From NCBI GenBank assembly GCA_964611625.1, contig CAZTAM010000004.1, positions 81,138 through 145,137 of the forward strand: a stretch of 64,000 nt of DNA. Direction: 5' to 3'. The translations under genes and the position numbers were made by a program. A model generated the notes under the pieces. The model was not told the DNA's origin and ran no database searches. It saw nothing but the letters and a program-made list of their open reading frames with translations. The stretch's first letter is position 1. Each line of letters opens with the position of its first letter. Below, one piece after another: positions 9,970 through 19,373 of this stretch. Source of the DNA: an uncultured Nitrospiraceae bacterium (GTDB lineage: Bacteria; Nitrospirota; 9FT-COMBO-42-15; HDB-SIOI813).

Positions 9970-10537
9970 TACCAGTCTCCTTCCTGTAAATTTCCAGTCC
10001 CTTCTTTACCGCATTAGCAACAGCCCTTGGTGATATAGTGGCGCCGCTGAACTGGTCAATTTCACCTCCATCTTTCTTAACCGATATCGGAGTGCCGTCA
10101 TCCAGGGATCTACCTTTAAACTGATTCCTCCATTCTTCTTTCTCAATCTTATTGCCAAGCCCTGGTGTCTCTTTATGGCTTATGATCTCGATGCCGGATA
10201 ATTTATTGTCAGGTCCAACACCCATCAATATTGCTATATCTCCTGAGTAGCCGTCAGGGGCAATAACCTGAAAGGCAGTTCCGACCGGTGTTTCATCCAT
10301 TCTGCCCCTAAAGAATTTTACCTTTATATCTCTGCCCTTCTTGTCCTGTCCAATAATTACGTCAGTAGCCTCACTGTCTATAGCATTATTGAATGCAGGG
10401 AGGACCGACTTGAGTGCATTGACAGTCTTAAGACGCTGCTGTTCAGCAATAGGACCCTTTGTAATATCATATACTTTAGCAAGGGCTGCTGCTGCTATCA
10501 AACAGAATATTGTCAAAACAATGATTAATCGTAACAT
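9959..10537 (-). CDS. rnfG: Rnf complex subunit G (FMN-binding)
   Basis: N-terminal TM segment plus an FMN_bind domain with the SGATISPRAV motif. Confidence 0.8.
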   Translation of the reverse strand: MLRLIIVLTIFCLIAAAALAKVYDITKGPIAEQQRLKTVNALKSVLPAFNNAIDSEATDVIIGQDKKGRDIKVKFFRGRMDETPVGTAFQVIAPDGYSGDIAILMGVGPDNKLSGIEIISHKETPGLGNKIEKEEWRNQFKGRSLDDGTPISVKKDGGEIDQFSGATISPRAVANAVKKGLEIYRKETGNGG

Positions 10538-10572
10538 AATTATTGTACTACTGACTACTGAATAGTGACTTT

Positions 10573-11616
10573 TTACCCGCTGCCTGCCTTTACAGCGCCA
10601 TATCTCACCGGCCTGACATATCTGTCAATCAAAGGAGATACTACATTCATCAAAACAATAGCAAAGGATACCCCTTCCGGATACCCGCCCCACATCCTTA
10701 TTATTACAGTTATCAGCCCGCAGCCAAAACCAAAGAGCAATTGTCCCTTGAGTGTCACCGGACATGTTACCATATCAGTTGCCATGAAAAAAGCCCCTAT
10801 AATCAGGCTTCCTGTTACCAGATGAAAGACAGGGTTGGCATATTTAGACGGATCTATAATCCAGAATATACCGCTGAAAATCATGACCGTACCAATCATA
10901 CTAACTGGTATGTGCCAGGTTATATACTGTTTATATATAAGATATGCAGCGCCAATCAGGAGCGCTATCGCTGACACCTCACCTATGGAACCGGCAATAT
11001 GCCCTGTTACAGCATCCCATACATTAAACTCCGCTATACTTCCAATTCCTTTTCCCGTGAGCCTGGCCATCTGAAGCTCTCCCAGCGGTGTAGCGCCGGA
11101 ACTGGCGTCTGTGCCTGAAAAGACTGGACTGGGAGCGGGCCAGGTTGTCATTTGCAGGGGAAAGGCTATAAGCAGAAATACCCGTGACATCAGGGCAGGA
11201 TTGAATGGATTAAATCCAAGTCCGCCATAAAGCTGTTTACATATTATTATTGCAAAAAAACCGCCTATTACGCATATCCACCATGGTGAACCGGGCGGTA
11301 AGGTAAGACCCAGGAGCAGACCCGTGACTGCTGCACTTCCATCTGTAACTGAAATCCTTGCACCGCTCAGTTTCTGATAAATAGCCTCCGCAGCCATAGA
11401 GGAACTTACTGAAACTATAAGGACATAGAGCGCACCCCAGCCAAAAAAATAAAGTCCTGCCAGTGATGCAGGCGCCAGTGAGAGGACAACAGTCCACATT
11501 ATTCTCTCAATGGAGTCCTGACTCAGTTGATGCGGGGATGACGTCAGAATAAGCTTTGGGGCAGGCTCTTCTGATTTTCCCTTTTTCTCTTCCTGTTCTG
11601 CTGCCGCCTCTGCCAT
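10573..11616 (-). CDS. rnfD: Rnf complex subunit D
   Basis: SSPH motif near the N-terminus, NqrB/RnfD-like membrane protein, 347 aa. Confidence 0.85.
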   Translation of the reverse strand: MAEAAAEQEEKKGKSEEPAPKLILTSSPHQLSQDSIERIMWTVVLSLAPASLAGLYFFGWGALYVLIVSVSSSMAAEAIYQKLSGARISVTDGSAAVTGLLLGLTLPPGSPWWICVIGGFFAIIICKQLYGGLGFNPFNPALMSRVFLLIAFPLQMTTWPAPSPVFSGTDASSGATPLGELQMARLTGKGIGSIAEFNVWDAVTGHIAGSIGEVSAIALLIGAAYLIYKQYITWHIPVSMIGTVMIFSGIFWIIDPSKYANPVFHLVTGSLIIGAFFMATDMVTCPVTLKGQLLFGFGCGLITVIIRMWGGYPEGVSFAIVLMNVVSPLIDRYVRPVRYGAVKAGSG

Positions 11617-11640
11617 CTCAACACTAAAGTGGCCGCTTCA

Positions 11641-12960
11641 CTAAGCGACCCTGCTCTTTGCCTTTCTCATTTCTGCTTTAATATACCGAATCTGCTGCAC
11701 TATCGGCCTCCTGGAAGGACAAACATATGTGCAGCATCCGCACTCAATACAGTCCAGCACATGATATTCCTCAGCATCCTTAGGCTTTCCAGCCTCTCCA
11801 AGGATACTGTACATGTTAGGCAGCAGGCGGATCGGACACGCCTGAACACACCTGCCGCACTTGATACACGCACGAAAGTCTTCCAATACAATATCAGCTT
11901 TAGGTATTACAAGGATTCCGGATGTCCCTTTAAGTATTGGTACGAGCATGGAATACTGGGTCATTCCCATCATGGGACCTCCAAATATTATCTTGCCAGG
12001 CTCTCCTGCAAGACCGCCGCACTCTGTAATAACATGCTCGAGCAGGGTTCCTACCAATATCCTGAAATTACCGCGCCTGTTGATCCCGTTACCTGTAACT
12101 GTAACAATACGGTCAACAAGCGGAATGCCGTACCTTACGGCATTGTACACAGCAGCAGCAGTCCCGACATTCTGTACTACAATACCGACATCCATAGGAA
12201 GCCCGCCTGAAGGGACCTCTTTACGGGTCACACTCTTTATAAGCTGCTTCTCAGCTCCCTGAGGATATTTCTTTGCCAGCGATATAACACTGATATTTGT
12301 ACCGGATGCAGCCCTCTTAATTGCCTCAATTGCCACGGGTTTATCATTTTCAATACCAACATATCCTGCATTTACACCCATTATGTGCATGAAGATCTTC
12401 ATACCCTCGATAATTTCCATTGATTTCTCAACCATTAGCCTGTCATCAGAGGTCAGGAAGGGTTCACACTCTGCACCATTTAGTATAACCGCACTAATTT
12501 TCTTCTCTTTAGGAGGGTTTAATTTGACATGAGTTGGAAATGTTGCCCCGCCCATTCCAACTATCCCGGATCCGAATATGATATCTTTCAATTCCCTGGG
12601 GTCCATGTTAAGGTAATCCCTGTTTTCTCTGAGGGAATCTATGGCATCATCTTTTCCGTCATTCTCAATAACAATTGAATTGGACTGATTGCCCGACGGG
12701 TGAGGAAATCTTCCTATAGCAACGACTTTACCAGAAACAGAACTATGTACGGGAGAAGAGACAGCCCCTTTTGCCTCTCCGACTTTCTGGAACTTCTTTA
12801 CCAGGTCTCCTATTTTTACCAGCGGTTCACAGGGGGCCCCTATATGCTGAGACAAAGGAATTACGACCTTTACAGGCGGTTTTATCTCTGCGACAGGAAT
12901 GGAGCTTGTCTCACTCTTCCTGTCTATTGGATGTATACCTTCTCCGGCTATAGTCCACAT
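11641..12960 (-). CDS. rnfC: Rnf complex subunit C (NADH-binding, 2x[4Fe-4S])
   Basis: Two CxxCxxCxxxCP motifs (CIKCGRCVQACP, CIECGCCTYVCP); RnfC/NqrA-like N-terminal and SLBB domains. Confidence 0.85.
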   Translation of the reverse strand: MWTIAGEGIHPIDRKSETSSIPVAEIKPPVKVVIPLSQHIGAPCEPLVKIGDLVKKFQKVGEAKGAVSSPVHSSVSGKVVAIGRFPHPSGNQSNSIVIENDGKDDAIDSLRENRDYLNMDPRELKDIIFGSGIVGMGGATFPTHVKLNPPKEKKISAVILNGAECEPFLTSDDRLMVEKSMEIIEGMKIFMHIMGVNAGYVGIENDKPVAIEAIKRAASGTNISVISLAKKYPQGAEKQLIKSVTRKEVPSGGLPMDVGIVVQNVGTAAAVYNAVRYGIPLVDRIVTVTGNGINRRGNFRILVGTLLEHVITECGGLAGEPGKIIFGGPMMGMTQYSMLVPILKGTSGILVIPKADIVLEDFRACIKCGRCVQACPIRLLPNMYSILGEAGKPKDAEEYHVLDCIECGCCTYVCPSRRPIVQQIRYIKAEMRKAKSRVA

Positions 12961-13047
12961 AACTAATGAAAAAAATTAAATATCAGAAATTAATATATCA
13001 TGGGTTAAAATAAAATTTTACCATTTGATATTTGATTTCTGATTCAG

Positions 13048-13515
13048 TCAGCCTTTTTTATTCCTATCCTTAAGGATGTCACTCAACTCATCCATGAATT
13101 GATTTATATCCTTAAACTCTCTGTAGACTGATGCAAACCGCACATAAGCTACTTCATCAAGGGCATGGAGCTCTCTCATGACTTCTTCCCCTATCATAGT
13201 ACTCGGCAGCTCTTTTTCTCCACTTTCCTGAACTTTTTTCTCTATCCTTGAAACAGCCTCTTCCAGTTCATCCATCCCTACATTTCTCTTCTCACAGGCT
13301 TTCTTTAGGCCAGACAGGATCTTATTCCGGTCAAATACCTCTCTCCTCCCATCCTTTTTTACTACTACAGGAAGGACATCTTCTATATGCTCGTATGTAG
13401 TAAATCTTCTCCTGCACATGAGACACTCACGCCTGCGCCGGATCGAATTACCTTCCTTTCCCTCTCTTGAATCTACAACCTTGTCTTCAATATGTCCGCA
13501 GAAGGGACATTTCAT
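13048..13515 (-). CDS. nrdR: Transcriptional repressor NrdR
   Basis: N-terminal zinc ribbon CPFCG...CLMC plus an ATP-cone domain, 155 aa. Confidence 0.9.
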   Translation of the reverse strand: MKCPFCGHIEDKVVDSREGKEGNSIRRRRECLMCRRRFTTYEHIEDVLPVVVKKDGRREVFDRNKILSGLKKACEKRNVGMDELEEAVSRIEKKVQESGEKELPSTMIGEEVMRELHALDEVAYVRFASVYREFKDINQFMDELSDILKDRNKKG

Positions 13516-13530
13516 AATAACTCCATTGCC

Positions 13531-14772
13531 CTATTTATCTGAATATACCGGAAATCTCCTGCACAAATCCCCTGCATCACGCCGTACTTCATTGTAGACA
13601 TTCTCGTTTCCTAAGCTGCTGAGAACCCTGTCAATATATTCTGCTATCTTATCCATCTCAGCTTCTTTCATACCCCTTGATGTTACTGCCGGCGTGCCAA
13701 TTCTTACGCCGCTGGTGACCATAGGTGGTTTATCATCAAATGGTACCGCATTTTTATTAAGCGTTATCCCTGAGGCATCAAGTGCCGCCTCTGCATCTTT
13801 ACCGGTTATACCCTTGTTCCTTAAATCAGCAAGCATCAGATGATTATCTGTTCCGCCTGAAACAAGGTTATATCCCCGTTTAACAAGTCCTTCCGCAAGA
13901 CGCCCTGCATTTTTTGCAACCTGCTCCTGATACACCTTGAACTCCGGAGTCAGCGCCTCTTTAAAGGACACTGCCTTGGCAGCTATTGCATGCATCAGGG
14001 GTCCGCCCTGAATGCCGGGAAATATGCTCTTATCAATAAGCTTTGCATGCTCTGCCCTGCACATAATCATACCGCCCCTTGGACCTCTTAATGTCTTATG
14101 CGTAGTTGTAGTAACAAAGTCACAATGAGGAAAAGGACTTGGATGAACACCTGCGGCTACGAGACCTGCTATATGTGCGATGTCTGCCAGAGTATAAGCC
14201 CCCACCTCTTTGGCTATAGCCTGGAACGCCTTGAAATCAATAATCCTTGAATATGCGCTTGCACCTATGACAATAATCCTGGGCCTTCGTTCAATTGCCA
14301 GTCTTCTAACTTCATCGTAATCAATAGTCCCTGTCTCGCGGCCTACCCCATAGCTTACAACATTATAGAATATTCCGGAAAAATTCACCTTGCTGCCATG
14401 GCTCAGATGTCCACCATGTGCAAGGTCCATCCCCATAATCGTGTCCCCGGGTTTAAGGACAGCAAAATATACAGCCATATTGGCCTGTGTCCCGGAATGA
14501 GGCTGAACATTTACATGCTCAGCTCCAAAAATCGCCTTTGCCCTTGAGATTGCGAGGTCTTCCACGACATCAACAAACTCACATCCGCCGTAATAGCGCT
14601 TATGCGGATAACCCTCGGCGTACTTGTTGGTCATAACACATCCCTGAGCATCAAGCACTGCCTTACTTGCATAGTTCTCTGATGCAATAAGGAGAATATG
14701 GTTGTTCTCTCTCCTGATCTCATTTTGAATCGCCTCAAAGACCTCAGGATCTGTGTTCTGTAATTCAGACAT
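13531..14772 (-). CDS. glyA: Serine hydroxymethyltransferase
   Basis: SHMT PLP-site region [14 protein letters not shown], 413 aa. Confidence 0.92.
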   Translation of the reverse strand: MSELQNTDPEVFEAIQNEIRRENNHILLIASENYASKAVLDAQGCVMTNKYAEGYPHKRYYGGCEFVDVVEDLAISRAKAIFGAEHVNVQPHSGTQANMAVYFAVLKPGDTIMGMDLAHGGHLSHGSKVNFSGIFYNVVSYGVGRETGTIDYDEVRRLAIERRPRIIVIGASAYSRIIDFKAFQAIAKEVGAYTLADIAHIAGLVAAGVHPSPFPHCDFVTTTTHKTLRGPRGGMIMCRAEHAKLIDKSIFPGIQGGPLMHAIAAKAVSFKEALTPEFKVYQEQVAKNAGRLAEGLVKRGYNLVSGGTDNHLMLADLRNKGITGKDAEAALDASGITLNKNAVPFDDKPPMVTSGVRIGTPAVTSRGMKEAEMDKIAEYIDRVLSSLGNENVYNEVRRDAGDLCRRFPVYSDK

Positions 14773-14786
14773 CCTTATATCCCTCT

Positions 14787-15251
14787 CTATATATTCTTAT
14801 TATTGTTGAATAAACCTTTTTCAAGCTCACTTATCTTATCGAGCCTTCTCTGGTGCCTGCCGCCTTCAAAATCTGTCCTTAACCATGCATCCACCATCAT
14901 CAGCGCTATTTCCTTGTCCAGGACCCTTCCGCCAAGAACCAGTATATTTGCATCATTATGCAGTCTGCTCATCCTCGCGGTATACATATCACAGCACAAG
15001 GCTGCCCTGACATGAGGGAACTTGTTAGCTACGATAGACATCCCGATACCTGTTCCGCAGGATAAAATCCCCCTGTCTGCGACACCTTTAGAGACAGCAT
15101 CTGCAACCTTGATACCATAGTCTGGATAGTCTACTGACTCAGGATTGTCAACACCAAAATCTGTTATCTCAAATCCCTTCTCCTTAAGTAGTTCGACTAT
15201 CTTTTCCTTGAGGTCGCAGCCCCCGTGATCTGATGCAATCGCAATTTTCAT
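14787..15251 (-). CDS. rpiB: Ribose-5-phosphate isomerase B
   Basis: RpiB/LacAB family; [11 protein letters not shown] motif; 154 aa. Confidence 0.85.
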   Translation of the reverse strand: MKIAIASDHGGCDLKEKIVELLKEKGFEITDFGVDNPESVDYPDYGIKVADAVSKGVADRGILSCGTGIGMSIVANKFPHVRAALCCDMYTARMSRLHNDANILVLGGRVLDKEIALMMVDAWLRTDFEGGRHQRRLDKISELEKGLFNNNKNI

Positions 15252-15364
15252 GTTTCAGGACAGCTATCCCAGTTATCTTATTACAGTAGATTAGGGTCAT
15301 TAATACTACCTTATCCAATTATTTTACGTCAAGTTAATTTTTGGATAGTAAATTTCCGGATCTG

Positions 15365-16228
15365 TCAGGGCACTGATGGTTTCCGGGCAGCAACGACCCG
15401 GAATACCATTGGCAGGGTTATTTTATCTCCACCCTTATACTTATTTGCAGAGTCAATTATTTCCTTTTCTGCAGCCTCTTTCTGCTCCCTTGTAAGCCGT
15501 GCAAATAAAGGCTGGAGCGGGGCAGCCATCTCTTTTACATTTGCAAGATATTCTTCTCCAGAGTTAAAGATGGTCTCGCCTGAGATTTCCTCGTCAGTCA
15601 TGCCAGACATGCCTGCAGAATTTGTCATACCAAGAAGTTCTCCGGGTTTAGCAAGCCTGAATATGCCGGGCTGATCAGGAGGCGGGGCAGGCACATCAAC
15701 ATATTTTTTTAACACTGCCATCGGTATACTTACAAAAGGATTCTTTTCTGCTGAAGACCATACAGCTGCCGAGAAGTAACCGCCATTTTTCAGTACCCTT
15801 GATATCTCATTTAATGCCGCATGTATATCAGGAAGGAACATCAGGCAGAAGCGGCTGATGACCGCATCAAATGAGGCGGCTTCGTACGGCAGTGACGATA
15901 CATCAATTGAGTGGAATGAAATATTTTTCACCCCGGATTCCTGCGCCTTCCTTCTGGCAACTGCAAGCATGTTCTCAGACAGATCCAGCCCTACAACCTC
16001 TCCACTGCTGCCAACAGCATGAGAAGCAAGTATCGAGGGGTATCCTGTACCACATCCAAGATCAAGCACCTTCTGGCCGGGACAGATCCGCGCATCACCA
16101 ATCAGCCGGTAACTGACAAAGGTCAGGCTCTGCTCAAGGTTCTTATCCCACTTCTCCCATGCCGGGGCAACACGGTCCCAGTTCTGGCGCTGTATCTCTA
16201 CTTGTTTCTCTGCATCTGAAGATGACAT
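15365..16228 (-). CDS. Class I SAM-dependent methyltransferase
   Basis: VLDLGCGTGYPS SAM-binding motif I. Substrate unknown. Confidence 0.7.
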   Translation of the reverse strand: MSSSDAEKQVEIQRQNWDRVAPAWEKWDKNLEQSLTFVSYRLIGDARICPGQKVLDLGCGTGYPSILASHAVGSSGEVVGLDLSENMLAVARRKAQESGVKNISFHSIDVSSLPYEAASFDAVISRFCLMFLPDIHAALNEISRVLKNGGYFSAAVWSSAEKNPFVSIPMAVLKKYVDVPAPPPDQPGIFRLAKPGELLGMTNSAGMSGMTDEEISGETIFNSGEEYLANVKEMAAPLQPLFARLTREQKEAAEKEIIDSANKYKGGDKITLPMVFRVVAARKPSVP

Positions 16229-16264
16229 ATAATCCCTCGCTGATCAGGGGCCAGCTGCAAATCG

Positions 16265-17893
16265 TTATTGTTCGACTGCAAAGAATACATCGTTTGGACT
16301 CGAAGTCGTTGATAACCGGGTATTGCGGTAGTCTGTCCAGATAACGTATGCCTTCCCATCCGCTGCAGCGATTCCAGGCTTTTCACGCCATGTAACACCG
16401 CTGCTGTTATCTGTATTATCATTAACAATCCTGTTGGTAGTAAAAGTTCCGCCGTCACTGCTCTTTGAGAAGTATATATCTTTTGTCCCGTTTCTCCAGT
16501 CATCCCATACCATATAGATATTGGTATCATCAGCAGCAAGTGCCGGATATGCTGATCCTCCAAACGAGCCGGAACTTCCGCTGTCAGGGACAGAAAGGGT
16601 TGTCTTGATAATTCCGAGTGTCCCGCCGTCAACAATCGTCATATCAATATCATAAGAACTGATTATCTCACCTGCAAATTTAGGTTCACTTACTAATACC
16701 CGCTGCCATGCAACGTACACGTCACATACAGGATCACTGATAGTATTGCAGGCAGGATCAACTGCTATTGAGGGATACCTGGCATTGTAACCTGACGTCA
16801 CCTCAAATTCCAGTGATGCCCCTGGTGTACCCCCGGTTATCTTTCTCAGTTTTATACGGGTTGGAATAGCCGGGAACTGCACAAGTTCTTCACCCAGGTC
16901 TTCCCAGACAGCATAGGCAGTACCCGCTGGATCCATGCCAACAGCAGGCCGTCTCCCGGCTAAAGAAAGATACGTCCTGTCAGAAAATGTACTCCCGAGA
17001 TTACTGCTCCTTGCGAAATATATGTCCGGATAATTATCGCCGGGATTCTCCCTGTGCTCCCATATTACATATATTTCATCAGAGTATACGGCAATTGATG
17101 GTGAAGTGTCCTGATCAAGACTGCCTGTAATATCAGGATTAATCTGCTTCGTCGGTTCAAAGCCCGTAGTATTGTCATACTTTCGGAACAAAATGTCAGA
17201 ATCCCCCTCCCCCCTGTCCTCCCAGACGATAAAAACATCTCCGGCGGCATCCACTGCTATTGAAGGAGAGAACTGTTCACCCCGCAAAGTGTCATCATCA
17301 ACAGGCATCGGCAAATCAAAGCTGCTGCCGCCGTTGACACTCCTGCTAAAATAAGCCTTATATACACCGGATGAATTGTCAGACCAGACTGAATAAATAT
17401 TTATATTTCCCGTACCTGCATCCTTAAAGACTGCTATATTTTTTTGCCCTGATGAGTATGTGTTTGACCTTGATGTCCCTGCAGTATAATGCGTGGTCAA
17501 TCTTTTACTCGCCTTAAATGTGGTAAGGAAGGCTAAAGCACTTGAAGACGATCCGTTTGAATCAACCGCCTTTATAATAACTTTCTCAGGGGCAATTCCT
17601 GCGTCTGAAGGCGCTTTATAATCACCGTCGGAATCTATTGTACCTACAACTGTCCCGTCTTTTTCGCCAAGCACACCCTCTACACTCCAGGTAAATGTAC
17701 CATCAGATTCAACATTAAATCCCTGTGTTTCACCCAGGGTTACTACTGCCGATTCGGGTACGACCTTAAACAGGGCCTTGTTGTCCCCTTCCCCGGAGCA
17801 TCCTGTCAGCATCAGCAGCACGATTGAAAGACAGAGGGCAATATTTAATACTGGACTGGGAACTTCTAACTTAATCATAGAATCCGGTCTCAT
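16265..17893 (-). CDS. Lipoprotein with BNR/Asp-box repeats (sialidase-like beta-propeller)
   Basis: Lipobox LMLTGCSG. Repeated S-x-D/N-G-G-x-T-F Asp-boxes and recurring Y-x-V-W-E-D blade motifs. Confidence 0.55.
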   Translation of the reverse strand: MRPDSMIKLEVPSPVLNIALCLSIVLLMLTGCSGEGDNKALFKVVPESAVVTLGETQGFNVESDGTFTWSVEGVLGEKDGTVVGTIDSDGDYKAPSDAGIAPEKVIIKAVDSNGSSSSALAFLTTFKASKRLTTHYTAGTSRSNTYSSGQKNIAVFKDAGTGNINIYSVWSDNSSGVYKAYFSRSVNGGSSFDLPMPVDDDTLRGEQFSPSIAVDAAGDVFIVWEDRGEGDSDILFRKYDNTTGFEPTKQINPDITGSLDQDTSPSIAVYSDEIYVIWEHRENPGDNYPDIYFARSSNLGSTFSDRTYLSLAGRRPAVGMDPAGTAYAVWEDLGEELVQFPAIPTRIKLRKITGGTPGASLEFEVTSGYNARYPSIAVDPACNTISDPVCDVYVAWQRVLVSEPKFAGEIISSYDIDMTIVDGGTLGIIKTTLSVPDSGSSGSFGGSAYPALAADDTNIYMVWDDWRNGTKDIYFSKSSDGGTFTTNRIVNDNTDNSSGVTWREKPGIAAADGKAYVIWTDYRNTRLSTTSSPNDVFFAVEQ

Positions 17894-18692
17894 CCATGAA
17901 CTTATCTATGGCAAACAGGGTCTTGTCCCTCGCCTCATAAAATCCCATATGTCCGACACCACTCAATAGCAATGCCTCAGCATGGTCTGGTTTAACAAGG
18001 AGCGGCAAAATCTTATCCGGTGGAATAAGGAGGTCATCCCTGCCGATGATAAACAATACCGGATACCCTGCATCATCCAATACATGCTGACGGTCCTTCC
18101 TGTCACGCATCCCGGCAAGAGCAGCAATAAGTCCATCTTCATGAATATTCAATGCAGTCGCCAGTGTCTTTTCAACCTGCCCCTTCATCTTAATAACATT
18201 TGCAGGTGCAAACATCTTAGGAATCAGCCCTTCAAGGAATCCCTTCTTATCCTTCTTCACCGACTCAATAGCCTTATCCCTGTCCCGCTTTTTCTCCTCA
18301 GTGTCAGCGAGTGCCGTTGAGTGAAAAAGACAGAGCCCATTTACCTTCTCAGGAAACAGCTCTGCAAAGGCAAGGGCAGTATACCCGCCCATTGAATGAC
18401 CAGCCACAGTACACTTTTCAACGCCTGCGGACTTTAGTACAGCAGCCGCACTCTCTGCCTGCATCTCCATTGTATTTACATGTTCACCTGAGCTGTTTCT
18501 TATTGCAGGAGGCGTGCTATTCCCATGACCTAACAGGTCTGGTGAAATAACCCTGAATTTTCTTGAAAGGATGCTACTAAAGTAGTCCCATATCTGGGAT
18601 GACTCACAAAAGCCATGAAGCAGTAGGAGTGTCTCTCCCTTTCCCTCATCTCTGTAAGGTATCCTGAATTTTCCGTATATAGCCTCTTTCAT
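17871..18692 (-). CDS. Alpha/beta-fold hydrolase
   Basis: LLLHGF oxyanion region and GHSMGG nucleophile elbow. Confidence 0.75.
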   Translation of the reverse strand: MKEAIYGKFRIPYRDEGKGETLLLLHGFCESSQIWDYFSSILSRKFRVISPDLLGHGNSTPPAIRNSSGEHVNTMEMQAESAAAVLKSAGVEKCTVAGHSMGGYTALAFAELFPEKVNGLCLFHSTALADTEEKKRDRDKAIESVKKDKKGFLEGLIPKMFAPANVIKMKGQVEKTLATALNIHEDGLIAALAGMRDRKDRQHVLDDAGYPVLFIIGRDDLLIPPDKILPLLVKPDHAEALLLSGVGHMGFYEARDKTLFAIDKFMDETGFYD

Positions 18693-18727
18693 GCGTATCG
18701 CAGATTATACCATACTGAAAGAGAATT

Positions 18728-19201
18728 TCAATGAAGATGCTCTGCAAACTCGGCTACCCTGGGTTTGACTACATTCTGATAGTCTGTGTAATCCATTACC
18801 ACTGTCTCGTAATGATTACCGGCATTAAAAAAGATCTTCTCATCTTCTGTCAGAGATTTGTCAACAAAGGTCTCAATGTTGTAGAGATTTCCAAAAGGAG
18901 GTTCGGCTCCGGCCTCACAATCAGGAAAAACTGACTTAAACTCCTCTTCAGTTGCAAGCCTCAGGTCAGTTTCGTGAAGCACTTCTTTCAACTTTCTGAA
19001 GTCTATCCTCCAGCTCGCCGGCATAACGGTCATCACATACCGGTCCTTTGCCTTAACCATTACAACCTTTGCCAGGTTTTTCCCGGACACATGCATTGCC
19101 TCAGCTGTTTCCTGGGCAGTATACGCCTCCTGATGTTTTATTGTCTTATAGATGATATTATTCTTCTTTAAAACCCCCTCTACCCTTTCAACGATGGCCA
19201 T
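18728..19201 (-). CDS. YbaK/ProX-family aminoacyl-tRNA deacylase-like protein
   Basis: YbaK/EbsC-like pattern. Probable start at the internal Met (MAIVERV); the ORF track extends to 19246. Confidence 0.55.
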   Translation of the reverse strand: MAIVERVEGVLKKNNIIYKTIKHQEAYTAQETAEAMHVSGKNLAKVVMVKAKDRYVMTVMPASWRIDFRKLKEVLHETDLRLATEEEFKSVFPDCEAGAEPPFGNLYNIETFVDKSLTEDEKIFFNAGNHYETVVMDYTDYQNVVKPRVAEFAEHLH

Positions 19202-19324
19202 GACACACCTCCTTCCATAGCTGTTCCGTATATAACTTATCTCCACGGAATGGTGATGTCAAGAAAACCGTCAGCAATCCCTGTTTTCGCAAGAATTCAA
19301 GTACGTAAACAGGCATTTAAAATA

Positions 19325-19333
19325 TGCTATAAT
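19325..19333 (+). promoter_or_regulatory. Extended -10 element (TGcTATAAT) upstream of uvrA
   Basis: Sequence match about 40 nt upstream of the uvrA ATG. Confidence 0.35.
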
Positions 19334-19373
19334 AGAAGATTAACTCACCGTATTAGTAATTAAATAAACTATT

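Noticed and set aside
11629-12262. Two plus-strand ORFs (193 and 133 aa) inside rnfC.
   Set aside because: They are antisense to a well-supported Fe-S flavoprotein gene and have no motifs.
19285-19320. CTGTTT-N20-AAACAG inverted repeat upstream of uvrA as a possible LexA/SOS box.
   Set aside because: The spacing (20 nt) does not fit the CTGT-N8-ACAG or GAAC-N4-GTTC LexA consensus forms. It is more likely a chance repeat.
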